Shown one piece after another: positions 1 to 8,727 of a DNA stretch of 64,000 nucleotides (its first letter is position 1; each line of letters begins with the position of its first letter). The DNA is taken from assembly GCA_937919205.1 (NCBI GenBank), contig CALFOZ010000103.1, positions 4,127 through 68,126 of the forward strand, given 5' to 3'. A program made the position numbers and the translations under genes. Source of the DNA: an uncultured Planctomycetia bacterium. Its GTDB lineage: Bacteria; Planctomycetota; Phycisphaerae; Phycisphaerales; SM1A02. The notes beneath the pieces were generated by a model. It made no database searches and was not told the DNA's origin. It worked only from the letters and a program-made list of their open reading frames with translations.

Positions 1-841
1 AGCGCGCGTCATTGAGAAGTTTGGCGGCCTCACTTTCATACACGCGCACAAGCAACGCCTCGGCGCCAATTTGTTGCGCCAAGGCTGGGTCATCCGCTTG
101 CAAAAGTTTCAGCCTGGATGTGGCCTCGCGCAAGCCACTGGCGTCATATTGCGGCCCTTTAAACTGCGCGTAATAGCTGTAAATCAAGCGTAATTTGGCT
201 TTATTCACGCGCTTGGAGCGCGGATAATTTTGCACGAACAAGTCGTAGGCGTCGGCGGCCAGTGGCATGTCACGAATACGAAAGTAATAATCCGCCAACT
301 CCATGCCAGCTTTTTCCGCAAGCTCGCTACCGGGTAGCCGCTCTTGAATACGGATAAAAATTTCCTGCGCGTCATCGCCCGCGTCGATCCAACGAAATGT
401 TCCTATGAATCGTTTTCGTAGTCCGTGGGCATAGGCTTTGGCGATTTCATATTCACGCTCAAGCGCCGGAATAAATGAGGTGCTCGAACTATGTCGTCGC
501 GCCACGTCTTCATAAGCAAAGAGCGCCTTGTACTCATTTCCCAAAGCCAGTTGCGCGTCGCCTTGAATCAAAGAGGCCAGGGCGCGGCCTTGACCAAGGG
601 GATTATTTTCCAGAAAATTTTCCGACAAGTTCAACGCGCGCGCGGCGTCGCCATTGGCAAGCGCCACGCGCGCTTGTTGCAATTGCTCATCCACGGATGA
701 TGGCGTTTCGGATGGCTTCCAACGGTCAAATTCATCCAGGGTGTAGTCGGTTTGGGCTTGGGCGCTCTGGGTTGCCCCAAAAAGCGCGACCGCCAGCCCA
801 ACCAGTGCCACAGGCCAACAATATGCAAGCCAACGGATCAT
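1..841 (-). CDS. Exported TPR-like protein, BamD/YfiO-like; C-terminus lies beyond the left edge
   Basis: My own translation of the minus strand from ATG (complement of 839-841): MIRWLAYCWPVALVGLAVALFGATQSAQAQTD... It has a signal peptide with an AQA cleavage site, followed by helical repeats rich in Y/A/L (DYYFRIRD, YDLFVQNYPRSKRV, LIYSYYAQ). The frame stays open to position 1. It is absent from the ORF track because it runs off the edge. Confidence 0.55.
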   Translation of the reverse strand, partial: MIRWLAYCWPVALVGLAVALFGATQSAQAQTDYTLDEFDRWKPSETPSSVDEQLQQARVALANGDAARALNLSENFLENNPLGQGRALASLIQGDAQLALGNEYKALFAYEDVARRHSSSTSFIPALEREYEIAKAYAHGLRKRFIGTFRWIDAGDDAQEIFIRIQERLPGSELAEKAGMELADYYFRIRDMPLAADAYDLFVQNYPRSKRVNKAKLRLIYSYYAQFKGPQYDASGLREATSRLKLLQADDPALAQQIGAEALLVRVYESEAAKLLNDAR

Positions 842-1054
842 TCTCCGAATGGTAGCGATGGGCAGGGAGAGTGTTGGGGCAGACTTGCGATTTGTGGCAC
901 TGGTTTCACCGCGTAGGCGCTTTGTAGTTGTGAAAATAACCCCAATGAAATTGGTAATTTTACTGCGCTTTTAGAGTGCAAAGAGCCGATCTGTAAGGGT
1001 CGGATGGGTCCGACCGTTTTCGCAGGATGCGGGGCGTGAAGCTTAGGGGCTGCC

Positions 1055-1579
1055 ATGGATGGGCGTAACCCTCACCTATTGATTGCTCGCATCGCGAGCG
1101 CGGTCATCGCACTTGGTTCAATCCCAGCGATCGCACTTGGCAACTTTGTCGATACGGAATCGCAAATCGTGGTGCTTGGTCCAGTTGAATCCACGCATGC
1201 GACTAGCGGAAGTGGTTGGATTTCAATTGTGATCGCGTGCGCGATAGCCATGCTGGGTGTGGTGTTGTGGTTGCGGCGCAAGCCTGAATCAAATCGCGGA
1301 TTTATTTTTGGTGTTTTCTCCAGTTTTTTTTCAAAGGCGCTCATCCGCCGCGTGGTGAGCAATGGCGCGATTGAAATTCTTGACCGCACCGCTATGGCCA
1401 AAGGACAATCGTTGACGTTGGTTCGAGTTGGCGACCGAGTGGTGTTGCTGGGGCAAAGCGCGCAGGGATTTCAGCGGCTCGCGGAATTTTCAGCCGACGC
1501 GTCGCAATTCAATGAGGCGGGGGTGTCGCAATCTTCCCAGTCCAACGCGTCAATCCAATCACATCGGAGGGTGGGTTGA
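1055..1579 (+). CDS. fliO: Flagellar export protein FliO-like
   Basis: It has one central TM helix (WISIVIACAIAMLGVVLWL) followed by a segment typical of FliO (ILDRTAMAKGQSLTLVRVGDRVVLLGQS). It lies directly upstream of fliP, and its stop overlaps the fliP start. Confidence 0.6.
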   Translation: MDGRNPHLLIARIASAVIALGSIPAIALGNFVDTESQIVVLGPVESTHATSGSGWISIVIACAIAMLGVVLWLRRKPESNRGFIFGVFSSFFSKALIRRVVSNGAIEILDRTAMAKGQSLTLVRVGDRVVLLGQSAQGFQRLAEFSADASQFNEAGVSQSSQSNASIQSHRRVG

Positions 1580-2295
1580 TGTTGTTCTTCGCCGCCATCA
1601 ATCAGACCGTGGGCAATGTTCCAGTGGGCTTGAATGGCGGCGCGGAGCTTGCGGCCGCGGCGATTGGCTTCGCCTTGCTTCCGGCGGCGTTGGCGTTATG
1701 CACTTGTTTTCCGCGGATTTATGTCACTCTTAGCATTCTTCGCCAAGGCTTGGGACTTGGCGCGGTGCCCAGCAATCTGATTGTGCTGGGACTCAGTGTT
1801 GCGCTGACAGTTGTTGCAATGACTCCAACATTAAAGGCCGCGTGGGATGGCGGCTTGAAGCAATTGGCGAGCGGCAACAACGCGGATCCAATGATCGCCG
1901 TGAAAGGCGCCGAGGCGCCACTGCGTGCGTTTATGTTTGATCAACTGCAAGCGCAAGGTGGCGGGCCAACTTTAGAGGCTGTATTAAAAGCCAAAGGGAC
2001 TCCTGTAGAAGCGGGGCAGTCGCTCACGCGCCGCGAGGTGGACACGTTCACATTGGCTCCTGCATTCGCGCTGAATGAGTTGCGCATCGCGTTCATGCTT
2101 GGCTTTAAAGTATTACTGCCATTCTTGGTGATCGACTTGGCGGTCGCGGCCGTCATGGCCAGCCTTGGCTTGTTTATGACGCCACCATCTTTGATCAGTT
2201 TGCCCATGAAATTGCTACTTTTTGTGGCAGTTGATGGTTGGGCGCTTGTCTCCACGGGCTTGATCTCAGGGGTGACTCGAGTGGCGGGAACATAA
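1576..2295 (+). CDS. fliP: Flagellar type III export gate protein FliP
   Basis: FliP-like sequence (LSILRQGLGLGAVPSNLIVLGLSVALTVVAMTPT, FMLGFKVLLPFLVIDLAVAAVMASLGLFMTPP). Standard position in fliOPQR. The start is TTG 1576 or ATG 1579. Confidence 0.9.
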   Translation: MMLFFAAINQTVGNVPVGLNGGAELAAAAIGFALLPAALALCTCFPRIYVTLSILRQGLGLGAVPSNLIVLGLSVALTVVAMTPTLKAAWDGGLKQLASGNNADPMIAVKGAEAPLRAFMFDQLQAQGGGPTLEAVLKAKGTPVEAGQSLTRREVDTFTLAPAFALNELRIAFMLGFKVLLPFLVIDLAVAAVMASLGLFMTPPSLISLPMKLLLFVAVDGWALVSTGLISGVTRVAGT

Positions 2296-2301
2296 CAATG
2301 C

Positions 2302-2601
2302 ATGTCCACCAAATGCAAACATCAATCTTCTACGCAGGTGCATTCAATGACTGAGGCCGACATGGTTGACGCGCTTCGTGGCGCCATGTCCGCGGCGTTG
2401 GTCTTGGCATTGCCGTTGTTGGCAGTTGGACTTCTTGTTGGATTGATCTCTGGATTGATTCAGTCTCTCGCCAATGTGCAAGATGCCGCGGCGGCGTTCG
2501 CGCCACGGTTGATCGCGGTGGCGTTGGTGGCCATAGCGCTTGCCGGTTGGATGAGTTCAAAGGTGATCGACTTCGCGGTCACCATGATGGGGGGTGGCTA
2601 A
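2302..2601 (+). CDS. fliQ: Flagellar export gate protein FliQ; the probable true start is ATG 2347
   Basis: A small two-TM protein (ALVLALPLLAVGLLVGLISGLIQSLANVQDAAAAFAPRLIAVALV) lying between fliP and fliR. Starting at 2347 gives an FliQ-typical length of about 84 aa. Confidence 0.85.
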   Translation: MSTKCKHQSSTQVHSMTEADMVDALRGAMSAALVLALPLLAVGLLVGLISGLIQSLANVQDAAAAFAPRLIAVALVAIALAGWMSSKVIDFAVTMMGGG

Positions 2602-3333
2602 GTGAGTCTTTCTGAGATTGCCGTGGCGGGCGCGGCGCGAGCCGTCGGAGCGGCCATGTGCGCTCCGGCATTTACCATGATTCCATGGCGTTTTCGCTTG
2701 GCTTTCGCGGGCGCGGCGGGTTGGGCCGCGGCGCCAATCGCGGCGGGTGATTCAATGATCACCACAATTTCATTGCCGCAAATTGCGATTGAAATTTCCA
2801 TTGGCGCGGTGATTGGTTTGCTCGCCGCAATTTCTGTTGAGGCGCTTCGCGTGTGCGGCCGTGTGATTGGCGAGCAAATGGGGTTGTCGCTGGCGCAGAC
2901 ATACGACCCGGCGATTGATGGCGAGGCCAACGCCGCCGAAATGCTTTTTACATGGAGCGCAATCACTATCTTTGTGGCCGTTGGTGGAATTCAAACCATC
3001 GCCATTGCCGCCGCCGCAAGCGTGCGCACGTTGGCGCCGGGAACTTTTCTAGAAAGTGGATTTGCCAACTCGGTCGCGTTGTTGTTGGACTCGGCCATGT
3101 TGGTGGGATTTAAAGCATGCCTGCCAGTGGTCGCGGTGTTGGCGGCGGTGTCCGCCGTGGCCGCGTTGATAGTGCGCATTGTGCCTGGTTTTTCCACATT
3201 TTCCGCAGGATTTGGCGCGCGCGCCGTGGTTGGATTGATGGCCGCTTTTGCCGCATGCGCGGTGATATGGGCTTCTGAGAACGCGTTCATTCAACATTCG
3301 CTGGCGCAAATTACAAACGGAGTATCTCCATGA
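2602..3333 (+). CDS. fliR: Flagellar export gate protein FliR
   Basis: GTG start immediately after the fliQ stop. Polytopic membrane protein of 243 aa in the conserved fliR position. Confidence 0.8.
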   Translation: MSLSEIAVAGAARAVGAAMCAPAFTMIPWRFRLAFAGAAGWAAAPIAAGDSMITTISLPQIAIEISIGAVIGLLAAISVEALRVCGRVIGEQMGLSLAQTYDPAIDGEANAAEMLFTWSAITIFVAVGGIQTIAIAAAASVRTLAPGTFLESGFANSVALLLDSAMLVGFKACLPVVAVLAAVSAVAALIVRIVPGFSTFSAGFGARAVVGLMAAFAACAVIWASENAFIQHSLAQITNGVSP

Positions 3334-4043
3334 TGACCGGTGAATCCGCGGAACGCGTTCACCCGCCATCGCCCTCCAAGCGCGAGCAAGTTGTAGCCGA
3401 GGGTCATGGTCCAAGGGCAAGTTGGCTAGCTTCATTTCTTGGCATCGTGTTTTTCATCGCGCTCGCATCGGTGATCGCTCCCATGTGGATTGGTTCACTT
3501 GTCAGCGCCACAAAGAAAATATTCTTGCTCGCGCCAACTCAACAGCCCGCGCAATTATTCATAGACGCCATCACTCCAGCGTTGTGGATTGTTGTTGTGG
3601 CGCTTGTTGGCGCAATTTTGGCGCACATTGTTTCACATGGGGCATGGATACGAATGGGACCCTGGAAAATGCGCCAACGCAGAACGATTATGCGAGGGTT
3701 TCTGGCGGTGTTTGCCGGTGTTTTTGTGGCTATTGCCACCATGGGCGTCAGCCTGGCATTCGCCTGGCCATGGTTAAAAAATATTTCAAGTTGGAGTTCT
3801 GGATCGCTCACGGACGTGGTGTGGTCATCGCTTGGAATGATTGGCATGACCATGCTTGGCGCGGCGATCACTCTGTTCATTGCTTGCATCGCGCAACGCT
3901 TTAAGGCTCGCAACGCATTCGAGTCAAGCATTCGTTTAACGCGAGCGCAAGCACGCGAAGCCGCGCGTGAATCTGGAGAAGGCCGCGCGAATCGTCGTCC
4001 ACCAAGTCGTTCAGGCAAGCGTGCATCGGAGAATCAAAATTGA
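3330..4043 (+). CDS. flhB: FlhB, transmembrane domain only (237 aa); the C-terminal NPTH autocleavage domain is absent
   Basis: The N-terminus (ERVHPPSPSKREQVVAEGHGPRASWLAS) matches the FlhB pattern E-x-PT-x-K-x(5)-EG-x-x-x-S. Four TM helices follow, then an FlhB-linker-like stretch (RLTRAQAREAARESGEGR). The ORF then stops, overlapping the flhA TTG start as TTGA. Confidence 0.75.
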   Translation: MMTGESAERVHPPSPSKREQVVAEGHGPRASWLASFLGIVFFIALASVIAPMWIGSLVSATKKIFLLAPTQQPAQLFIDAITPALWIVVVALVGAILAHIVSHGAWIRMGPWKMRQRRTIMRGFLAVFAGVFVAIATMGVSLAFAWPWLKNISSWSSGSLTDVVWSSLGMIGMTMLGAAITLFIACIAQRFKARNAFESSIRLTRAQAREAARESGEGRANRRPPSRSGKRASENQN

Positions 4044-6166
4044 TTTCAAACTTGACCGACACGCAAAACAAACCAACTCTGCGAATGGAGTGGTTGGTGC
4101 CCGCGGCGTTCATCGCGCTTGTGGCGGTGTTGGTTGTGCCGCTTCCACCAATGGCCATGGATGCGCTGATCGCCATCAACTTCGCGCTCAGCGGATTGGT
4201 TCTTGCGACCGCGGCGAATATGCGAAAACCGCTTGATTTCAGCGTGTTTCCAGCGTTGGTGTTGGGCACCACGTTGTTGCGCCTGGGCATCAACATTGCC
4301 AGCACCCGTTTAATTTTGGGCATGGACGCCAGCACTCCCGAGGCGGGGCGCGCCGTGGCGGGATCGGTGATCGAGGCTTTTGGTGAAATCGCCGCGGGAA
4401 GAAATCCAATCGTAGGTTTGAGCGTGTTCGCTATGTTGGTGGTGGTGCAGTTTGTGGTGGTGACGCGCGGTTCGGTGCGCATGGGAGAAGTTTCCGCGCG
4501 CTTCGCGCTTGACGCGTTGCCCGGAAGACAAATGGCCATTGACGCGGATGTGGCATCGGGCGCCATCACTCCAGCGCAAGCCAGTGAGCGGCGCGATGTG
4601 GTTCTGCGCGAGGCGGATTTTCACGGCGCCATGGATGGCGCGGGACGATTCGTGCGCGGCGACGCGGTGGCGGGAATTGTGATTGTGTGTGTGAACATCT
4701 TGGGCGGATTTATGGTGGGGATGATCCAGAAAAACTGGTCCATTTCCGAATCACTGCGAGTGTTCACATTGCTGGCGGTTGGCGATGGATTAGTCACGCA
4801 AATCCCCGCGTTTTTAGTGGCAACCGCCGCCGGTCTGGTGGCCGCCAAAGCCGCCAGTGGCGAAACATTGGGCGCTGAAATTCCGCGTCAACTTGGCGCG
4901 CGGCCAGTGACGCTGTGGATTGTCGCGGGGTTGCTTGCGGTGCTTGCCATGACTCCGCTTCCAACTGTTCCATTGCTGGGCGCGTCTTTGTTGCTTGCTG
5001 GTGCCGCTTGGTGGATAGGCCGCGTGCAAGCGGCGGCCAAATACATCGAGACCCAGCATATTGCAACCAAGCAAATTGCCGATCAGTCCCAGCGATCAGC
5101 GTTGAGCGCTTGCGAGTCGCTTGAAGACGCCTTGGTGATCGAACCCATCAGCATTGATTTGGGTCTTGACTTGTTGATGCTGGCGCAAGAGGAGCAATCG
5201 GAATCGGGATTGCTGACGTTGGTGGCTGGTGTGCGCCGGCGTTTGGCGGTGGAACTTGGAGTTGTTGTTCCCTCGGTTCGAATTCGCGATGATCCAAATT
5301 TGCCCGGGGACACATATGTCATTCGCATGCGCGGCGCGGCGGTTGGTGGAGGAGCGCTTCGACCAGGGCAAATGTTGGTGATGGATCCCAAAGGCGGAGT
5401 GCCCAATGTGACTGGTGAATTGGCCACCGAGCCCGCGTTTGGTTTGCCTGCGATTTGGGTTGACGCAACGGCCGCCAAAAATATGGATGGCCAGGGCTTT
5501 GCCATCGCCGACGCCGGGGGCGTTCTTGCCACGCATTTATTGGAAGTTTTACGCAAAAAAGCATGGGAATTGATCACTCTTGAGGAGACCGCCAAGATGC
5601 TTGAGCGACTTCGAGCGCGCTCGCCAAACTTGGCGTCCATGTTGACGCCGCCCACATGGAGTTTGGATCGCATTCGTGGAATCCTTCAGGAACTTCTGCG
5701 CGAGGGCGTGGCCATTCGTGATATTGAAAAGATCGCGGAGTTGATGGTGTCCATGCCAGCAACGGCCTTGCCAGAACAGACCGTGGCCGTGGTTCGCAGT
5801 GTGATCTCGAGCGATGTCTGTGATCGATTGATCACACGTAACTCCATTGGTAAAAGAATTTTACACGCGGTTTGGATGGATGAATCCATGATTATTTCTA
5901 GTGGGGCCATCATCGCGGCTCAACGCAGTGTTGTGCCAGAGGCCGCCGCGGCGGAAAAATTGCTTCGATGTGTCGCCCCCGGCCTTCGTGATCTTCTACG
6001 CCGCGGCTTGCCCGCGGTTGTGGTCACCCCAAAGCATCTTCGCGGCGCTGTTAGCCGCGCGTTGCGGGGGCGTTTGGGCGATGTGTCGGTGATCGCGCGT
6101 GAGGAAATTCCTGAGGGCGTTGAATGTATCTTCGTGGAATCCGCGCGCCTTGAGGCAATTCAATGA
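4040..6166 (+). CDS. flhA: Flagellar export gate protein FlhA
   Basis: 708 aa. The N-terminal TM domain carries FlhA-type sequence (FPALVLGTTLLRLGINIASTRLIL, GRFVRGDAVAGIVI). The large cytoplasmic C-domain includes VVPSVRIRDD. Confidence 0.95.
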   Translation: MISNLTDTQNKPTLRMEWLVPAAFIALVAVLVVPLPPMAMDALIAINFALSGLVLATAANMRKPLDFSVFPALVLGTTLLRLGINIASTRLILGMDASTPEAGRAVAGSVIEAFGEIAAGRNPIVGLSVFAMLVVVQFVVVTRGSVRMGEVSARFALDALPGRQMAIDADVASGAITPAQASERRDVVLREADFHGAMDGAGRFVRGDAVAGIVIVCVNILGGFMVGMIQKNWSISESLRVFTLLAVGDGLVTQIPAFLVATAAGLVAAKAASGETLGAEIPRQLGARPVTLWIVAGLLAVLAMTPLPTVPLLGASLLLAGAAWWIGRVQAAAKYIETQHIATKQIADQSQRSALSACESLEDALVIEPISIDLGLDLLMLAQEEQSESGLLTLVAGVRRRLAVELGVVVPSVRIRDDPNLPGDTYVIRMRGAAVGGGALRPGQMLVMDPKGGVPNVTGELATEPAFGLPAIWVDATAAKNMDGQGFAIADAGGVLATHLLEVLRKKAWELITLEETAKMLERLRARSPNLASMLTPPTWSLDRIRGILQELLREGVAIRDIEKIAELMVSMPATALPEQTVAVVRSVISSDVCDRLITRNSIGKRILHAVWMDESMIISSGAIIAAQRSVVPEAAAAEKLLRCVAPGLRDLLRRGLPAVVVTPKHLRGAVSRALRGRLGDVSVIAREEIPEGVECIFVESARLEAIQ

Positions 6167-6459
6167 GTTTCACCCAAGCAAGGAGCTATTCAGGCGCGGA
6201 TGAGAAAAATCTTTTAGCCCAAGCACAGGCCGAGAATCCCGATGGATTTGAAATTATTTCCATCACCTGTTCGGGATATTTATGGTGGCGTAAGACCACG
6301 CTTCTGGTGCGGCCATTGGCTTGCCCAGCGCGGCAAGAAATGCAAAAAATAAGGCTTATTTCAGCCATTTATGCGCAACGCGAGCAACGGCAGAACCAAG
6401 ACGCCCAGCACAATGTGCTTCGCCATACGCACGATTTGAATCAGCAACCACGCCGGTAA
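6163..6459 (+). CDS. Hypothetical 98-aa protein translationally coupled to flhA; possible FlhF N-terminal remnant
   Basis: ATGA overlap with the flhA stop. The first ~45 aa (FTQARSYSGADEKNLLAQAQAENPDGFEIISIT) loosely follow the FlhF N-terminal pattern. There is no GTPase motif, and the second half has atypical composition. Confidence 0.3.
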   Translation: MSFTQARSYSGADEKNLLAQAQAENPDGFEIISITCSGYLWWRKTTLLVRPLACPARQEMQKIRLISAIYAQREQRQNQDAQHNVLRHTHDLNQQPRR

Positions 6460-6845
6460 GAGCGTGCGCGCATTTCGCATGCCAATGTTAAAAAAATGAA
6501 GCGTGCGAAAAATCTATTCCGCATTCATTCTTTTTCACCACGCTGTACTGCAAACACAATTCCTTTCATGACGATTGAAAAGCAAAATCACTGTCTTTCA
6601 CTTGAGTCAAACGGTTTTTGATCATTGAACTGGCAGACAACTTGTCCCAAAACATAAAATAATAATTTTGATGAAGTGTTCAACTTTCACTTGCGCACTT
6701 CAGTGCGCACGTTAGACTACGTCCATCGTGGTGTTGCCAAGGATTCGGCACATCAAGATTCGCGGCAGTATTTTCCGCGAGATATTGGGCCATGTCACCC
6801 CGCGGGGGTGGCTGGTTGATGGGCTTTAGGTCAAGGAGCGACCGT

Positions 6846-7859
6846 ATGTCCAAGATAAACACGCAGGCTTCGCGTACAAACGACGCCCGCGGTGAAAAAT
6901 CGGTGAAAGCTGTGGCGAATAAATCGTCGGCAACTTCTTCATCGCGTATCACAAAGCGTTCAAGTACCTCGCGCATTTCCAACCTTTCAGCGGCGGATTC
7001 TTCGGCAAGAATCGCGCCCCAAAAGTCACGGACTAAAAAAGCCCTTCGTGGTCGCCCACCGTCGATCGCGGACTTGGTCATGGACACGCCTGAAGGCGTG
7101 AATGTGGCCTGGAAGATGTACAGCGAATGCGCGCGGGATTCGCCTGAGCGCCAGCAACTTCGCAATCGCTTGATGGAGCGTTATCGCGAAGTGGTTCGCT
7201 ATACCGCCGAGCGAATGCACAAGCGGTTGCCCGCCGAAGTGGATGTGGATGACCTCACCAGCGCCGGTTTGTTTGGCCTGATGGATGCCATCAATTCTTT
7301 TGACCTAAGCCGCAACGTGAAGTTTGAAACATATTGCGCACAACGAATTCGTGGCGCCATCTTTGACGAGCTTCGCGCCATGGATTGGGTTCCTCGATTA
7401 GTTCGAAGCCGTACCGCGACAATGGACCGCGCCAAGAAAGCCATTGAAATGGCGCACGGTCAGAAGGCAACAGAGGACGAAGTTGCCGAGCGTCTGCAGA
7501 TGAATCCCGATGATTTTGAGAAACTGAATCGCGACTCTCGACCCGTTGGAATTGTCAGCTTGAATAGAAAGTGGAACGACAAGGATTCAGGAAACGAATC
7601 GCGCGAGATGGATGTGGCCAGCGATCGCCGCCAAGAAATGCCAACCGATCGCATTCAGCGCATCGATGTGCAGGCCTTGTTGACCAAAGGTCTCAGCCGC
7701 TCCGAGCGTTTGATTCTCATTCTGTACTACTACGAAGAAATGACCATGAAAGAAATCGGCCTCACGCTTGATCTCTCCGAAAGCCGCGTGAGCCAAATGC
7801 ACTCTTCCATCTTGGCTCGATTGAAAGCCCAGATGAAACATCGCGTGAAAGATCTCTGA
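6846..7859 (+). CDS. fliA: Flagellar sigma factor FliA (sigma-28) with an S/T/K/R-rich N-terminal extension of about 78 aa
   Basis: Region 2 (DDLTSAGLFGLMDAINSFDLSRNVKFETYCAQRIRGAIFDELR) and region 4 (MTMKEIGLTLDLSESRVSQMHSSILARLK) are recognisable. An AAGGAG Shine-Dalgarno at 6833-6838 lies 7 nt before ATG 6846. Alternative starts are 6792 and 7080. Confidence 0.85.
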   Translation: MSKINTQASRTNDARGEKSVKAVANKSSATSSSRITKRSSTSRISNLSAADSSARIAPQKSRTKKALRGRPPSIADLVMDTPEGVNVAWKMYSECARDSPERQQLRNRLMERYREVVRYTAERMHKRLPAEVDVDDLTSAGLFGLMDAINSFDLSRNVKFETYCAQRIRGAIFDELRAMDWVPRLVRSRTATMDRAKKAIEMAHGQKATEDEVAERLQMNPDDFEKLNRDSRPVGIVSLNRKWNDKDSGNESREMDVASDRRQEMPTDRIQRIDVQALLTKGLSRSERLILILYYYEEMTMKEIGLTLDLSESRVSQMHSSILARLKAQMKHRVKDL

Positions 7860-7888
7860 ACAAATCCATCTGAGATCTTCACTTTCTA

Positions 7889-7930
7889 GGCCGTCTCCTC
7901 TCGTCCGATCAGAGGGGGCGGCCTTTGTCT
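7889..7930 (+). terminator. Rho-independent terminator after fliA
   Basis: 13-bp stem ggccgtctcctct / agagggggcggcc (two G-U pairs), 9-nt loop, followed by tttgtctttc. Confidence 0.75.
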
Positions 7931-7999
7931 TTCAAGTCTTAGAGTGATTCTGGCGAGCCAATTTCTAGCGAAATTTGCCTGAAAAAGTCGCGTTTTATT

Positions 8000-8662
8000 T
8001 TACTGTCGAACCGCGATGGGATCGGCGTCAATGAAAAATTCCGCCTTGGTCTTTGCCTTGATTTCATCCACGAAAACTCCCGGCGCCAATTCCTTCAACA
8101 CAAATCGCTCGCGCTTGCGATCAAATTCCATCACGCATAAATCGGTGATCAACAAATCAACGCACGAAAGCCCAGTCAGTGGCAAGGTGCATTTTGGCAA
8201 CACCTTGCTCTCGCCTTTTTTGTTGCAGTGATCCATCACCACCACGCGCCGCTTCACGCCCGCCACCAAATCCATGGCGCCGCCCATGCCCTTGACCAAC
8301 TTTCCTGGAATCATCCAATTGGCAAGGTCGCCAGTCTGGCTCACTTCCATCGCGCCCAGAATGGCAAGATCAATATGGCCGCCACGAATCATGGCGAAAC
8401 TGTCGGCGCTGGAAAAGAAACTATGACCCGAAACTCCAGTCACAGTTTGTTTGCCAGCGTTGATTAAATCCGCGTCCACATTCGCCTCGGTTGGAAACGG
8501 ACCCATTCCCAACATTCCATTTTCGCTTTGCAGCCACACGGTCATGTTGGCGGGCACATAGTTGGCCACCAATGTTGGAATGCCAATTCCTAGATTGACA
8601 TAAAAACCTTCGCGAAGTTCTAGCGAGGCACGCTTGGCAAGTTGGTCACGGTTCAAGGGCAT
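8000..8662 (-). CDS. 3-oxoacid CoA-transferase, subunit B
   Basis: MPLNRDQLAKRASLELREGFYVNLGIGIPTLVANYV...SENGMLGMGPFP is typical of the B subunit of family I CoA transferases. I placed the start at M40 of the track ORF, which gives 220 aa. Confidence 0.8.
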   Translation of the reverse strand: MPLNRDQLAKRASLELREGFYVNLGIGIPTLVANYVPANMTVWLQSENGMLGMGPFPTEANVDADLINAGKQTVTGVSGHSFFSSADSFAMIRGGHIDLAILGAMEVSQTGDLANWMIPGKLVKGMGGAMDLVAGVKRRVVVMDHCNKKGESKVLPKCTLPLTGLSCVDLLITDLCVMEFDRKRERFVLKELAPGVFVDEIKAKTKAEFFIDADPIAVRQ

Positions 8663-8727
8663 TGGGTGATTGTGCGCTGACTTGCCCGCCACGGCAACTG
8701 CCACAATGTCGATATGCTTGGCGCTCC

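Noticed and set aside
475-855. Plus-strand ORFs of 126 and 69 aa, and the 631-828 minus ORF
   Set aside because: They overlap a longer minus-strand frame that is open from 841 to the window edge. That frame has a signal peptide and TPR-like repeats.
6680-7165. 161-aa minus-strand ORF overlapping the 5' part of fliA
   Set aside because: Its only plausible internal start (complement of 7079-7081) would sit back-to-back with ATG 7080, leaving no promoter space. The plus frame has a strong AAGGAG Shine-Dalgarno before ATG 6846. I therefore favour the extended fliA, but this remains unproven.
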